Below the pieces are notes generated by a model that had not been told where the DNA came from, did no database searches, and worked only from the letters and a program-made list of their open reading frames with translations. The position numbers and the translations under genes were made by a program. From assembly GCF_037042905.1 (NCBI RefSeq), contig NC_087251.1, positions 36,892,001 to 36,956,000 of the forward strand: 64,000 nt of DNA. Direction: 5' to 3'. Position 1 is the first letter of the stretch, and every line of letters starts with the position of its first letter. The stretch comes from Lytechinus pictus. Taxonomy: Eukaryota. This document shows, in pieces, positions 41,562-54,742 of this stretch.

Positions 41562-42444
41562 ATTATCACGTCAAGAGATGGCGTTTACCAATATGCCAAA
41601 CAAGGTCTTCACTGAGGATGACGAGTGCATCACCAGTCGTCTCTCGTCCAAGAAGCGAGGAGAAACCACGGGCAAGGGCGGCGGGACTAATAACGGAAGT
41701 TTGAGCAAAGTGAGCAAAAGCGGCGGTGGAAACAACCACGCGTCTTCGAGCAACAACCACGGCTTGGAAGAAAAACGAAGTAGAAGTAGCAGTAGAAACG
41801 AAGGCTCCACTCCTAGAGTGGTACACAGGACAATGAGTCAGGAGGACTCGCAGTATGACCACTATGCATCCATTCCCAACACACCACAAATACCTCAAGC
41901 CGACTATGAATCCGTCACCCGACGGGGGCAGTCATCGGCGACGCGCGGCAGTAACCATGGCAACAAGTACACTAGTGAACCGGAAGTACATCGCAGACTC
42001 AGTAAATCAACAGAGGAGCGAAAGCGATTGGCGAGTGACCGACAGCACCCCTCGAGACATCATAGAAACACTCAGTCTCTTGAAAAAGAAGGGAACTATA
42101 GCTCGGGACATGAAAGGGCTGGTAGTAGTGCTGGCAGCGGTAGTGGCGGCGGCGGTAAAAACAGTGGTGGTGACAGGGGTAAAGGTAGTGGTACCGGAAA
42201 TGGTGGCAGCGGTGGGAACTACCACCGATCCAGTAGTCAAGAGAGAGGAGGCAACTATCATGCAACACATGAACGAAATAGTAACTACCACAATGGGTAT
42301 CATTATGATGATTACCAAGGCACCGGGAGTAATGAAGGTCGTCAAGTACCGGACGACGTCAAGGAATGTCGTGATCGGGATGACGACGGCGTGATCGATG
42401 CGAGAGATGTCGACATCAATGCTCTCAACGAGTCCATCATTTGA
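41562..42444 (+). CDS. BEST: Bestrophin terminal coding exon: ~293-aa G/S/N/R-rich disordered tail ending ...NESII*
   Basis: ttccttag acceptor in phase 2 joins the previous exon (AA+A = Lys) into the long ORF 41500-42444; TGA at 42442-42444. Confidence 0.88.
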
Positions 42445-45400
42445 CAACGTGTGCGTCGCGTGACTAGGGACTATATTCTGATTTAATATTACATACAAGT
42501 GTGTGAGGAAAGAAAGAAGGCAGCTCTCAAAAGAAGTATAAACGATTTCTGGAAGATCATCATTCATTTGAGGACACACAAAATGGGGAAAAGGGTATAA
42601 TGTAAAAAAAAAAATTATGGTATTAAAATTAAAAAGCACGAAGCGATAAAATATAAACATGTATACTCTGCAGGCTTGATATACACAATATTCAAATATT
42701 GCAAACTCTATATACTCAATAACTGTTTATAGTCATCCCTTGGTCGTGGTCGTTACATCATTACAAAAATTAACGTCAAAATGTTTCATCAATTTATTAT
42801 GAAAACTTACGGCTATAATTCAACCAATTGTTCCATTTTTGTGCAGGTCTGACTCGATCTTTCATGTCAAAATGTACATTTTCTTCCATTTGTTTTTTTC
42901 TTACGAAATTTTTATGAAAAACAGCACCGCGAAACAAAAATCGTTATTTGCCTGCATTTGGACGGGATCGCAAACGAGAAGGGAAATTGGCCCTACATTG
43001 GGCGCTAGTGAACGTAGAGGGCGTCAACACAGCCACTTAGAAATTCGAAGTGATGAAAAGTTGGCATCACTTGAAATGAGTATATAGCCAGAAGAAAGAA
43101 GTATTGACAAGGAGATATCAGACTAGTTATGCGATGTGCACATTGTTCAATCAAATTGATATTTTATAGAATTGATTTGCATTATTATTATTTTTGTCTT
43201 GTTGTATACGGTGCAAAATGATTTAAGGTGCGATGATTATGTTATGATTTTAACTTTGCCATTATTTGTCTAGACCTAGCAATTTGAAGTATCTCATTAA
43301 GTTTGATGTCATTTATCACGTGTTAGTATTCATTGTGTTGATGACACTCGTGCATTTTTATTATAATTGATTTCGAATTGCAACGATCTTTCTCGTATTG
43401 TCATTCAATGTGATAATACATCATTCTTGACCGTCCAGCGCTGATAGGCCTATATTTATTTTCTAAAAATATACCTGGTAACAATACATATATTCGAATC
43501 CCTCCCATTGAAATAAACACATGCATGCTAAAGCAAGAAATGAAATGAAGACATATTTAGGAGGATAATAAATCTTAAAATCTAACTGTGGCAACGTATG
43601 TAGTATAGTACAAACAGTTACTTGGATTATGTACAATAACGGGTACTGGTGTAGATTGCGTAAATTATTGTGAAAAAATAAAAAAATATGTAGTACAAAA
43701 TGCTAAAACTTTGGAATAGTTTTTTGAGCAGTGGCTTGTGATGTGAATTTTCAATATCAATATTTCATTAATAAAATGCCTGTATGTGATAATAACATCG
43801 ATAATAGAGCATAACAATCCATGCTGGCAGTCAGCTTTACAGATTTATCTTTGTACAAAATCTATTCAAATTAAATGACATAAAGTATTCTATATATTGA
43901 TATACAACCCAATCTTTACTTGTTTAAAAACGTCATCTAGTACTATTCCTAATTTTCTCAGAAAATGCACGGAAAGAATGCACCAAACTCATTTCTTTAT
44001 AACACTACATAGGCCTTTGCAAAAGCTCGGTCGCTTTATTCTCTTGCTTTCTTCCTTTTTTTAATATGCTACGTATCCCCCCACAAAAAAATATTCATGA
44101 TCGTAAACTCAATCCCTTAACTTTCCCGCGTTCACATCAATTTTTTTTGCATATTTTACATACTCTGGTCCCTCCTCCCCTCCACTAAAAAAAAATAATA
44201 AAATAAAATAAATCATGTGTATGTGCGGCCATGCAGGTAAGTGAATATGTTAATCATAATCAGAAGATGAATGTTGGTGTAGGCCTTGCTTAAACCATGC
44301 AAACAAATCCCAAGCCTCAAATCCGTTGTCGCCTGCATTTGCTCTGTGCTTTCTGCAATATGATAGCATCGAACATGTCAAAAATAATCTATGTCGAACA
44401 TTTACTGATTGAATTTTATTGATTGACAGAATGAGCAAACAACCGTCTATTCTTCCTTCACGTGTTGCCATTATTCTATAGAATAGAGTGGGTATCAATA
44501 TATAGAACCTTTCTCGCATATAAACATGGAGAAAAAAGTACCGCAGAATCTTTCATATCTAATATTTTATTCTCTAATAAAATAAGTAATGTATACTTGT
44601 CTCGTGTAACAATGCATCGTCATAAAAAGAAATTCAAACAATAAATTTGCTATCGTATATTCTATATTCAAAAGGACATATATTATGTATCAATATAATG
44701 ACGATGAATATACCCCACTCAACCCATGATTATTGCAAATATACAGTTTTCGAAATCTTCTGAATATAGTTTGATCATACAGCTTTACAATATAGGATTT
44801 ATGATGCCCTCCAGTTTAGATTATCATAATAATAATAACAATTTTATATACCGAAAATTCACAAATTGCCTCTAAGCGGTTAAGAGAAAGGAAATATGAA
44901 GTATAAAGGAAATAGAAATAGAAATACTTTGCACAACAAAATGTATCAAAACTAATTTTACAATTTACGACTTTTTCTCCCCAGATCATGAATAAAGAAA
45001 TACTATCAAATGGGCCAATAAACATGTAATGATCAATTTAAGATTTAAAAAGATGAGTTTTAAGCATAACTTTAAACAGTTAGCGTTGCGAATTCGTTGG
45101 GGGGGATTGTTCCAAAGAAATGAAGCTGCATAAGAAAAAGAACGTTGACCGTATTGTTTGTAAGAAGTATGAGATTGTCATGCAAAAAGCGATATATATA
45201 CCCACTGTGTGACTTACAAATAAATGAAGACACAAAAACAATATAATATGTTACAATTATGTTTTCATTTACAATTCTTCCAAATTTCGACTACTTTTTC
45301 AAAGAAATAACTCATTTGTTTGAGTATGATTATGTAATATATAAACCGTCGGAGATGTATGAAAATATGAAAGATGGATAATAATCTTCCCTCTCATGCA

Positions 45401-46108
45401 GTGAATCAATTTCTTATAAAAGTAAGGAAGTTATCGTGGATACAGAATTAAATTAAGCAATTCAAAATGGAGATGAGTATGATATTGTTGCTATGACAAT
45501 GAATCAAATGTCAACGTTATTGGGTATCATTACAAACCACTTTATCTCTATGCAATAGTATTTCAGCATCCAACTCAATGCTCCTCTCTTTTAATTTCGA
45601 GTGTCTGTGTTTAAAATATTCGAACTTCAACAGCGATTTGATGAAAATTGTGAGAATTAATTAATACATTTATTTAAGAACATATCAGGTTGTCAATAAT
45701 AATATTTTATTTTTCAAGGAGAGAAATTGTATTACCTGTTATAGTTTTGTCTCGAACTTATCTGATTTGTCATCAACAATTCAGATGTTCTAAATCATTG
45801 CTACAAAATTGTATACGTTTGAATTAATGTTAAGCAGTCTTTTCAAGTCATGTATTTGTGTATATGGATTAGAGTAATGAATTTAAAGGGTTTTAAATCA
45901 TCACTGAAATATTGTTAGATTTTGTTTTAATTCTCCAATATCATACCCCTGATGTGTGTGTTATATTTTACCACTATGGTTGATGTGTAGAAGAGAGACG
46001 TTTGGAATTGATTATGTGCAAGAAGGTTACAAAACCCTTTAGTTGGGGGTCTTTGTAAATGTGAATGTTTAGTTTACTGATCCGAATTATGAGTCGGACT
46101 CCGTTCCT

Positions 46109-46289
46109 ACACTTTAAAAACGTTACATGTTAAGCAACCCTGTTTAAACCCTTCACTCTAACAACTATTGTTTAAAGTTTTAAACAAGTTGTTTTAAAAA
46201 GTTTAAACAATTGTTTAAAAGTTTAAGCAATAGTTGTTAGAGTGAAGGGTTTAAACAGGGTTGCTTAACATGTAACGTTTTTAAAGTGT
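46109..46289. mobile_element. Near-perfect palindromic MITE
   Basis: About 62-bp perfect arms acactttaaaaacgttacatgttaagcaaccctgtttaaacccttcactctaacaactattg and its reverse complement. Confidence 0.8.
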
Positions 46290-47456
46290 TATAGTATCAC
46301 TTTAATCTTTATCAACTGATTCCAACCTGCACTCGACGCAGGTGAGGTAAATGGGTAGGCCTACAGGCAGGAAGTAATTCCTATAAAAAAAAAAAAAAAA
46401 GCTGTGAGCACCGGAATCGGTAGCCGAGCTTAGCCGGGGTAATAAATTATAGGATCGCCTCGAGCACCTATCAAGTTGAATACGTGCGCTAAACAAATAC
46501 CTCCCTATATCATCATTCCTTTCTAAATATCGGAAATGAAAATAAAGACATAATTCAGGCATATTGACTCAAGAGCATCGGGTCCGTTGGTGCCACACCC
46601 CGTTCCGATAAAAAAAGGAAAACACCAGTTCCATTGTGACACAGAAAAGATCCGACTCTAAAATACATCGGGCCATATCCCGGTTAATTCATGACCCGGA
46701 AAGGATGTGTACCAACAGACCCAGTTTCCGGATCAAATTGACTCGCATTTTTTAGAGTGTATATATTTTTCAATTTATGAAATATTTGTAGTCCAAGTGT
46801 AATTTTTATTAGGCTCGAATTAATAGCATACTGATGCTGTGGATGATCATGAAGATTTATGATGAGAGTACTATTATTCTTTATTGAAGGCAATTGTGTG
46901 GTATAATGATAGCGAAAGATTAATCTAGACCTGGGGTAGTATAGTGTCCATCTTATTCATCAAATACCAAATATTTCAACCCTGTCGTGAATGGCTGTAA
47001 AATATGTTATTATTATTATTCAATGAAGTTGGAAGAATTTTTTTTAATAATGATGATAAGAATGACACAATAAATGTCAATTAGTTTGGTCCAGTAGATC
47101 TGTTTTGAAGAGTGAAGATAGGCCTACTAGCATTCCGATAGAAGGTGGATTAAAATACTTGTAGTCTAGAGTTAAACTTGACTTTCATCATAAGAATACA
47201 AAAACAATTTGGTTTCAGGTATTGCTGAAGATAATGTTGGATAAGTTCAGTCAAATAAGTTTTCTTCATAAGTGGAAGTAATAAACCTTTATATTCTAAA
47301 GTTCTAAACAATATTCTACAGTATAGCAACTTTACAGCTGATATTTCACGATATGCATAATATTGTCCATGTAATAAAAATGAAAATTATATATTTATGT
47401 ATAGAAAACCGTCCTGTCAACGCAACCTTTGAAAAAAATGTTTGTCACTTCAAACC

Positions 47457-47710
47457 TATAGTACCGAAGTGTGACGTCAGTTGCCATGGTGTCATTGGGG
47501 GCTGTTTCTAAACAGAGTCGCAACTGACGATTGTCTGTACACATTTGTATGACTTTGGTACGTCTGAAAAATAGGTTGCAAGCGATCAAATTTCAATAGC
47601 AGACATTTTGTCCTATGGGAAACACACGCTTTTATTCGACGGGTTCATTTGTTTAGAACCAGGCCGCCCTGACACCATGGCAACTGACGTCATTGCTTCG
47701 GTACTCTATA
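47457..47710. mobile_element. MITE with ~35-bp TIR
   Basis: gtaccgaagtgtgacgtcagttgccatggtgtca / tgacaccatggcaactgacgtcattgcttcggtac. Confidence 0.65.
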
Positions 47711-48001
47711 GGGGTACGATGACTCCGAGTGTGGTTTAACAATACGCTGTAAGACTTGCATTGTTGTGTATGAAATAAATAAAACATAGCTCATCGTGAT
47801 CGTTATCCTTGTGTGATGTAATCGTCTTCATTATCTCTCGAAATGATGAAGAAAAAAATCCTTGTAAGATGCATTGAAACAAAATAATACTTGCACAATG
47901 TACTACAACGATACAAATAAAAAATAACCTCCTTTATTATATTCAAATTATCGATGTCTCTTATTTCTTTTTATTTTTAATTGAGTCCTTAATTTACAAT
48001 A

Positions 48002-48253
48002 CACTCTAAAAAATATTGGGCAAAAGTGTTTCATGGGGGTAATCATGTGTCCAACCAACATTGGGCATTTCTTTTGGGCATTTTTATTTATCCAGTGTGA
48101 TGAAAATGTTGCCCATTCTAAAGCTATTGCTGCTCATTTTACCTTACTGGACGGTATGCTTCCCGCATTGGGTAAAATACTGCCCCGAAGTGGTTGGACA
48201 CAGTCATTATTACCCTCGTCGTGGTAAAAATTTTACTCAATATTTTTACAGTG
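48002..48253. mobile_element. CAC-ended MITE
   Basis: CACTCTAAAAAATATTGGGCAAAA ... TTTTACTCAATATTTTTACAGTG. Confidence 0.6.
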
Positions 48254-48580
48254 CATGATATATAAAACCTTTACCCATGTGCCATACAGATAATTCAGAA
48301 TTGTATCATTATTTATGAATTTTTATATATTTTTTTATATATTTTATATGTTATATTATTATTGTAGGCTATTTAATACATCAGGGGCGGATCCAGGATT
48401 TTTCCAGGGGGGGGGCATTTTTGTAAGGGAGAAATTTGACAAAAAAGTCTTCACTTGCATGACATATTCCCGTTAAAAAATAAATATATTATTTTATTTA
48501 ACTGACACAAGACCTCTGATATTTTCGGAATGGTCATATTTAGTTATCTCTGTATATATAAATATATATATATACATATA

Positions 48581-48685
<105 letters not shown>

Positions 48686-49738
48686 TATATTATCTATAAC
48701 TAACACAAGACCTCTGTTATTTTTGGTACGGATATTCAGTTATCTCTGTTTCTATGTGGATTTATTGACAAAAAAAAATCGAATGGCATTGTTGGCTTCC
48801 TCGTGTCTATTAAAGTGTCCCAAAGAAATACTCAAGTAATGATAATGAACCTGCATGGTTATCTAATGAATTTTATATCATAAGAATGAAAAAAAATATA
48901 TAGCCCTCGTTTTTCACAATTTACCCATGCTGGTTGCAAATTGTGATCAGATATGCAATCAGTGATTAAGAATCATTATATTTTCAGATCTTTATGTGTT
49001 CATTGAATCATTGTTCACAATACCCCCAAAGATTATGACCTATTTTTTTTATTTCCGAGAAACGGGATTACATAAATTCTGATACTTTCTTGTTGTATTT
49101 TGACAGGACATGAATATGAAAAATAATTAAATAATAACCCCTATTAAACATATATGTGACTACAGCAGCCAAACAAGCAGCTAAAGGAAAAGCTTTTGCA
49201 AAAGGAATAATACCGATTTAAGTACAATAGAATTTATTTATATATTCATAGGGATAGAATATGGTTTCTTTTGAGATTGATTTCTGTAACGTGTTTTGTT
49301 TCAATGATTTTGACAAAAGTAATTCTGATTAAAATACAAAGGAATGTATTCTATATCAAAGGGAAGCATAATTATCATCTCATCTATCGGGTAACATAAA
49401 AGTCAACACGCCAATCCGTTCCCTACCCGTTCCCCCACCATTCAGTACAGCTAACGGAACGGTTTTGAAAGTGGGGGGGGGGGGGGCTGATCCGTGCAAA
49501 AAAAAAATCACAATCAGATGGTTATTTATAATTTTTTTTGTACAAGGTTGTGGAAAAGAGTAGGGGTTGAAGCCCCCCCCCCCAGTTCCGCTTCAAATGT
49601 TCATCTTATCAGTTTGAATATTAAAGTTAATTCATTAGAATCTATTTGATTTTTTTTTTCTTTAACTTGCTATTTACTGTCGTTCGTTATTAGGCCTTTC
49701 TGGCACCAGTAAACTGAAACTAAAACTGAAAAAGTCAA

Positions 49739-49756
49739 CAGCGCCACCTGTTGGTA
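49739..49756 (-). promoter_or_regulatory. CTCF-like motif
   Basis: Reverse complement reads CCAACAGGTGGCGCTG, close to the CTCF core CCASYAGRKGGCRS. Confidence 0.35.
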
Positions 49757-49994
49757 TCGTGTGACACTAAAATAGATTTAAAAAAGAAGGGCGCTGATTT
49801 TAATAAACACCCATCCTGACCGCGTTCATCATGTTTATGTGAAGTATTATTTGATTATTACAGTTCCGAGCATATTTTATTGTGTCAGAAGTGAAAGTGG
49901 CTGTTTGTTGTGCAATTCGTGATGGCAAATATGAAGAATTATTAGCAAGCGAAGATTCCTGAGGCTGAGGCAGTGAGGGTGACTGAGTCTGAGG

Positions 49995-50605
49995 TAACCC
50001 AGAGAGCTCCAGCCCGCGTAGCGGGCTGGAGCCCAGACGCTCAGTGTGCAAACGGGCATTCAGGTGAGAGTACCGTGAAGTTTGGTCAAAATAATTTTGA
50101 TAATACATAATTAAAACAGAAATTAAGCACTTACCACGATTGTATGGATGATAGTCTAACGAGTGGCAGTTTCCTGACATCGAGGCACAGACTGGAACCT
50201 CAAAAAACGATCAGTTCTGTCGCGGTAGCTCTCTTTCAGAATTCAACACAAAATGGCCGATCGAGACCGAGGCTAGTATAGCACTAGCGCATATAGACTT
50301 TGTCAAATTCGCGCATGCGCCCTACACCCTCTCGAACGGCCATTTTGCTATGAATTTTGAAAGAAGGAGAGCCACCGCGACAGAACTGATCGTTTTTTGA
50401 GGTTCCAGTCTGTGCCTCGATGTCAGGAAACTGCCACTCGTTAGACTATCATCCATACAATCGTGGTAAGTGCTTAATTTCTGTTTTAATTATGTATTAT
50501 CAAAATTATTTTGACCAAACTTCACGGTACTCTCACCTGAATGCCCGTTTGCACACTGAGCGTCTGGGCTCCAGCCCGCTACGCGGGCTGGAGCTCTCTG
50601 GGTTA
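49995..50605. mobile_element. MULE/Mutator-type palindromic MITE (611 bp)
   Basis: 232-bp inverted arms, identical as far as I can read (49995-50226 / 50374-50605); 9-bp TSD agtctgagg at 49986-49994 and 50606-50614. Confidence 0.9.
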
Positions 50606-50794
50606 AGTCTGAGGGAGTTGCATCTTCGTCAGGTGACCGGAAATACCAGGCTTGAAAATTACATTCGTTATAAATTATAGCCTCACTTTGCAAGCTAGAG
50701 CATTGCAGTGATGGAAGTTGCAGAAGAGCTGGATTTTGGAGAAATGTTCCGAAAGCATGGTCAATGAAACTAGACAGGAGTCAAGTGACTCAAG

Positions 50795-51180
50795 GGAGGC
50801 AGTGTAGCTCAGTCGGTTAGAGCGCCTGTTCCGGATAAGATCGTAGATCTCAACGTGCGTGGGTTCGAGTCCCGCAGCATGCCGGAAGACGTCTAACAAA
50901 AAAAACTGATGCTAGCGTTGTGTGTTAACGTGCCTCACCGCTGTGTTCAGTGTGGGTGTGAATGCAGTTGGAAAACACTCCGTCCATCGGAAAGGACGCA
51001 AATGTTGGTCCCGTGTATAGGAGAGTCACAACCTATGCACGTTAAAACCAATACACTATTCGTCAAAGAGTAGGGTGTTCACCCGGTGTATTGCACCTGC
51101 CGGTCCCCGGTACTACAATACTGCAAGAATCTTCAGGATTGAAGGAGGCAGTGTAGCTTGAAGAAGAGAAGAAGAAGAAC
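50795..51180 (+). mobile_element. tRNA-derived SINE with Deu/Nin-like central domain
   Basis: A box TAGCTCAGTCGG, B box GGTTCGAGTCC; body gtccatcggaaaggacg...ggtcccgtgt...cacgttaaaa...cactattcgtcaaagagtagggtgttcacccggtgt resembles the recalled DeuSINE core; (GAA)n tail. Confidence 0.75.
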
Positions 51181-51689
51181 TTCAGCCCAACACCAATCTT
51201 TCAATCATTGGTGTCTATGTGTAGTATGTCTAGTATGACTATGAGTATGAAAAAGGTGATTTGTACAAACAAAATTATTTAGGCCGGTCTAACAAGTAAC
51301 GTTTCTGTACTATCTGTTGACGTACAATCACCAGCATCTGGTTGTCGCGTACGTTTGATCTAGATTCTAACACGTCAGGCCTATTTTTATTCTTATATAA
51401 GTTAGATCTAACGTTACTCGTTAGATATAACTCTAAATGTAAGAACGTTGAATGATATCACTCTTTAGTCTTTAAAAAATTGATTTTTGTCTCTGACTCT
51501 GTGTCTGCGACCTGCGTTCGTTTCAACCACGATTGCACTTTAGCTTGCAGTGCCAGAGACAGAAGCTTTCCCATTCAGCTACTCTATACCTACCTTCCTT
51601 CTCTTAAAGACTTGCCCGGTAGACTTGTCTATCCCATAATTTATGCATGTGATTTGCGTTTGCCTTTTCCCCTTAACAACAACACCCTC

Positions 51690-52450
51690 TTTCCATTTTC
51701 ACCCATTTTTTTTCTCTTAGTGATTTAGTCTTTTATTTCCTGCATCCCTTTTCTTCTCCTTCTCTTCTTCCTCTTTTTCTTCTGTTTTCCCGTCTTCATC
51801 GTCCTGCTTCTGTTTCTTGTGCATCTTCTTTTTCTTCTACATCTGCTTTTTTGTTTTTTCTCTTCCTCCCCCTCCTTTTTCTTATGAATCTTCTGCTTCT
51901 GTTTTTTTCTTCTTCTGCATCTTTTGTTTCTTCTTCTACTTCTTCTTTTTCTGCTTTTTTATTTCTGCTTCTTGTTTCTTCTTCTACTACTTCTTTTTTT
52001 CTTCTACTTCTTCTAATACTACTACTTCTCCTTCTTTGGTGTCTTATCATTCTTCTGCTTCTTCTTTTTCTTCTGCTTCTTGTTTCTTCTTCTGCTCCTC
52101 CTTCTCTTTAGTGATTTAGTATTTTTTTTCTTCTTCTTTGGTGTTGTATTATTTATTATTCTTCTGCTTCTACTTCTGCTTTTAGTTCTGCTTCTGCTCC
52201 TTCCTCTTTTTCTTCTACTGCTTCTTCTGTCTCTTGTGCTTCTTCTTGTTGTGCTTCTTCTACTACTTCTGCCTCTGTTTCTTCTCCTCATTCTTCGTCT
52301 TATTGTTCTTCTGCTTCATATGCTTTTGCTTCTTATACTTCAAGCTGCTCCTCTTCTGCTCCTTCCTCTTCACTCCCCCTTCTTATTTTCTCCTACTTTT
52401 TCTTCTCCTTGTACGTTATTCTTCAACTATTTTTTTCCTTCTAGTTATCT
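51690..52450. repeat. Degenerate (CTT)n pyrimidine-rich low-complexity tract
   Basis: Direct reading; anchor tagtgatttagt repeated at ~51718 and ~52108. Confidence 0.85.
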
Positions 52451-54173
52451 AATCTCTGCACTGTATTGTTTATTTGATAATTTGTTTTGTAATACAAATA
52501 AATTTTCTTGTTGAAATTTGACAATAAAGCATGTCATGTGGAAATTTAACTACAACTTAAAACAGATCTGGATGTTTTGAGTAACCCTGTCATTCCCATG
52601 TCTTTCCCACTTTATCTCATTCTTTCCTTGCTGTACTTGTCTCCTAACCATTCACCTCTTATTTAATTTTATATCGGATCCTAAACACAGTTCCCATGTT
52701 CCTGACAGCTTTACCTTCTACCCTCATTTCCTCTTTGATTCATTCCAATTACGGTATCAGTTGTACATGATCTGGCAATCAACATTGGGATTATTCTTAC
52801 TTTTGTTATTTTGGAATTGCATAATTTGTGTTTTTCAATACCTGTGACTAATAACTTATGAGATAAATAAAACTATCACAAAGAATATGACATAACATCA
52901 ACAAATTCTCCTGAATCATAAATCAAGAATTCTTTAGCCTAGGTATCAAGATCTATCATGATTGGGATGCATGTCATAATTTAATACATGTATGCATCCC
53001 CAACATCAACATGATAAACAGCCTTCCTATGTGTTTTAATGTTTGTTATGATGTAGAATTCTTGTAAATTGAGCTTTTTTTATTTGATGTTGAATGTATA
53101 TTTATGTAAATGATTGTAAAGGGTTATGCAATTCGACTTTTTAGCTGCTATAGATACCCTTGTTGTAATAAACCGTAAAAAAAAAAAAAAATGATAATGA
53201 GCATTATCTTGATATAAGGACTTGATTTATGTTTTAGAAGAATTTGTTGATATGTATTTTGGAATAAAAACTTCTTGATTTATGTTTCAGGAGATTTGTT
53301 GATGTCATATTTGATGATTTTTTTTTCTTCAGGAGTTTTCCAGTCAAATTTAGCTTGTTTTTGTCTATGATAGCTCTGCTTACAGTGCAGTGTCATGTGC
53401 TGCCAGAGTTTGTGTCCACGGTTTGCACAGTACAGTAGCTGACTATGCGACATGTAGCTATCTCATTTATGATTGAAACAAATTATAATAATTATAAATT
53501 TTGGTCTACATCATACATGATAACTGATCCACAGTGTGCTGCACTCAACCCAGGTGAGGTAAATGGGTACCGGTAGGAAGTAATTCCTTAAAAAGCTGTG
53601 TGCGCTATGAACGTCTAGCTTAGCCGGGTAATATAGGAGCGCCTTGAGCACCTAACAAGGTGGATATGTGCGCAATATAAATACCCTATATTATTATTAC
53701 ATGTACATTTGTATACCGGTAATTGCCATAGTCAATGCAATAGACGGTGCTATCGCAGATTTTCACAAAATGTCTATTTGTATACCGGTACATAAGCGAA
53801 AAGCTTTCACAGGGACTAGGGGCAATTTTGCCCCCGAAATGCTCAAAAGAGACCTGAAAATGGAAAAAGAGCCCCAGAATGTCCCCATTCACTGCAATGG
53901 TAAAGCTTATCCAATGAATCATCTTTAGGCAGAAGATTTCGAAAAGTAGTTCCGGAAAAAAAAAGAAAAAAAAATTTGGCCTAGAGTAAGCTGTCCACAT
54001 CCTGATGACAAGACATCCTGGATTTTAAGGGACAGTAAGTTCACCATTTTGGCCTTTGCCCAGTAATAGTATGTTACTGCACAGGATGCTGTTTTGTCCT
54101 GGATTTCATGATTTTAACACATTTATGTGAGAATATGCAGGCATTTCCATTTTTCTCATGAGTAGAATACTAA

Positions 54174-54560
54174 AGGCGGTGCTGCACTAGCTCAGGCTAA
54201 ACAAAATAGTTGTTTGGTGGATCAGGGAAATATTTGTTAAAGAAATGGTGTTGCACCAACTCTAGCTTTTGTTCATTTGAGATAAATTTTCACATTTAAC
54301 AACCTAACCCTGAAAAGGTCAAGTACTGTACTTGTGCATGGTTTATTAAGGGCTAGTACACTGTGCAAAAATGCATGCTATTTCTTACCAAACCTGCACA
54401 CCAGCTTAATTTTATTTTTCTTATAAAAGCCTAAGATGACTCCAGCTGGGATTTCAGGCAAACGGATGAGCAAAAAGCAATATCTCCTCTGATAGGGGCT
54501 AAATCATCAGATCACAACAACCCATTACTTAAAAAAGCTTGAACTAGTGCAACACCACCT
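54174..54560. mobile_element. MITE with ~25-bp TIR
   Basis: aggcggtgctgcactagctcaggc / gcttgaactagtgcaacaccacct. Confidence 0.55.
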
Positions 54561-54742
54561 ACAAACAAAAATATATAGTACAATCAGACCCCCAAAACAT
54601 TAAAAGGGTAGCTCATGATGAAATATTACATATTTGAAAAACTTTCTTAATTGAAATCATCTGTGAAACCTACTTTGTAAAGAAAAGGTTTGTTATCAGC
54701 AGTAGATATGAACGTAGTGTGTGTACGTGCGTGCCTGCTTGT

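Noticed and set aside
41566..42660. Overlapping 179-aa (+) and 217-aa (-) ORFs in the last bestrophin exon
   Set aside because: Shadow frames of a low-complexity coding exon; no recognisable motifs
49800..50680. Twin identical ORFs MSGNCHSLDY... as a duplicated gene pair
   Set aside because: They are the two arms of the palindromic MITE and run out into unrelated flanks
50798..50885. Functional tRNA gene
   Set aside because: No proper anticodon arm; continues into a SINE body and tail
51796..52514. Arg/Glu/Leu/Phe-rich ORFs
   Set aside because: Translations of a degenerate (CTT)n tract
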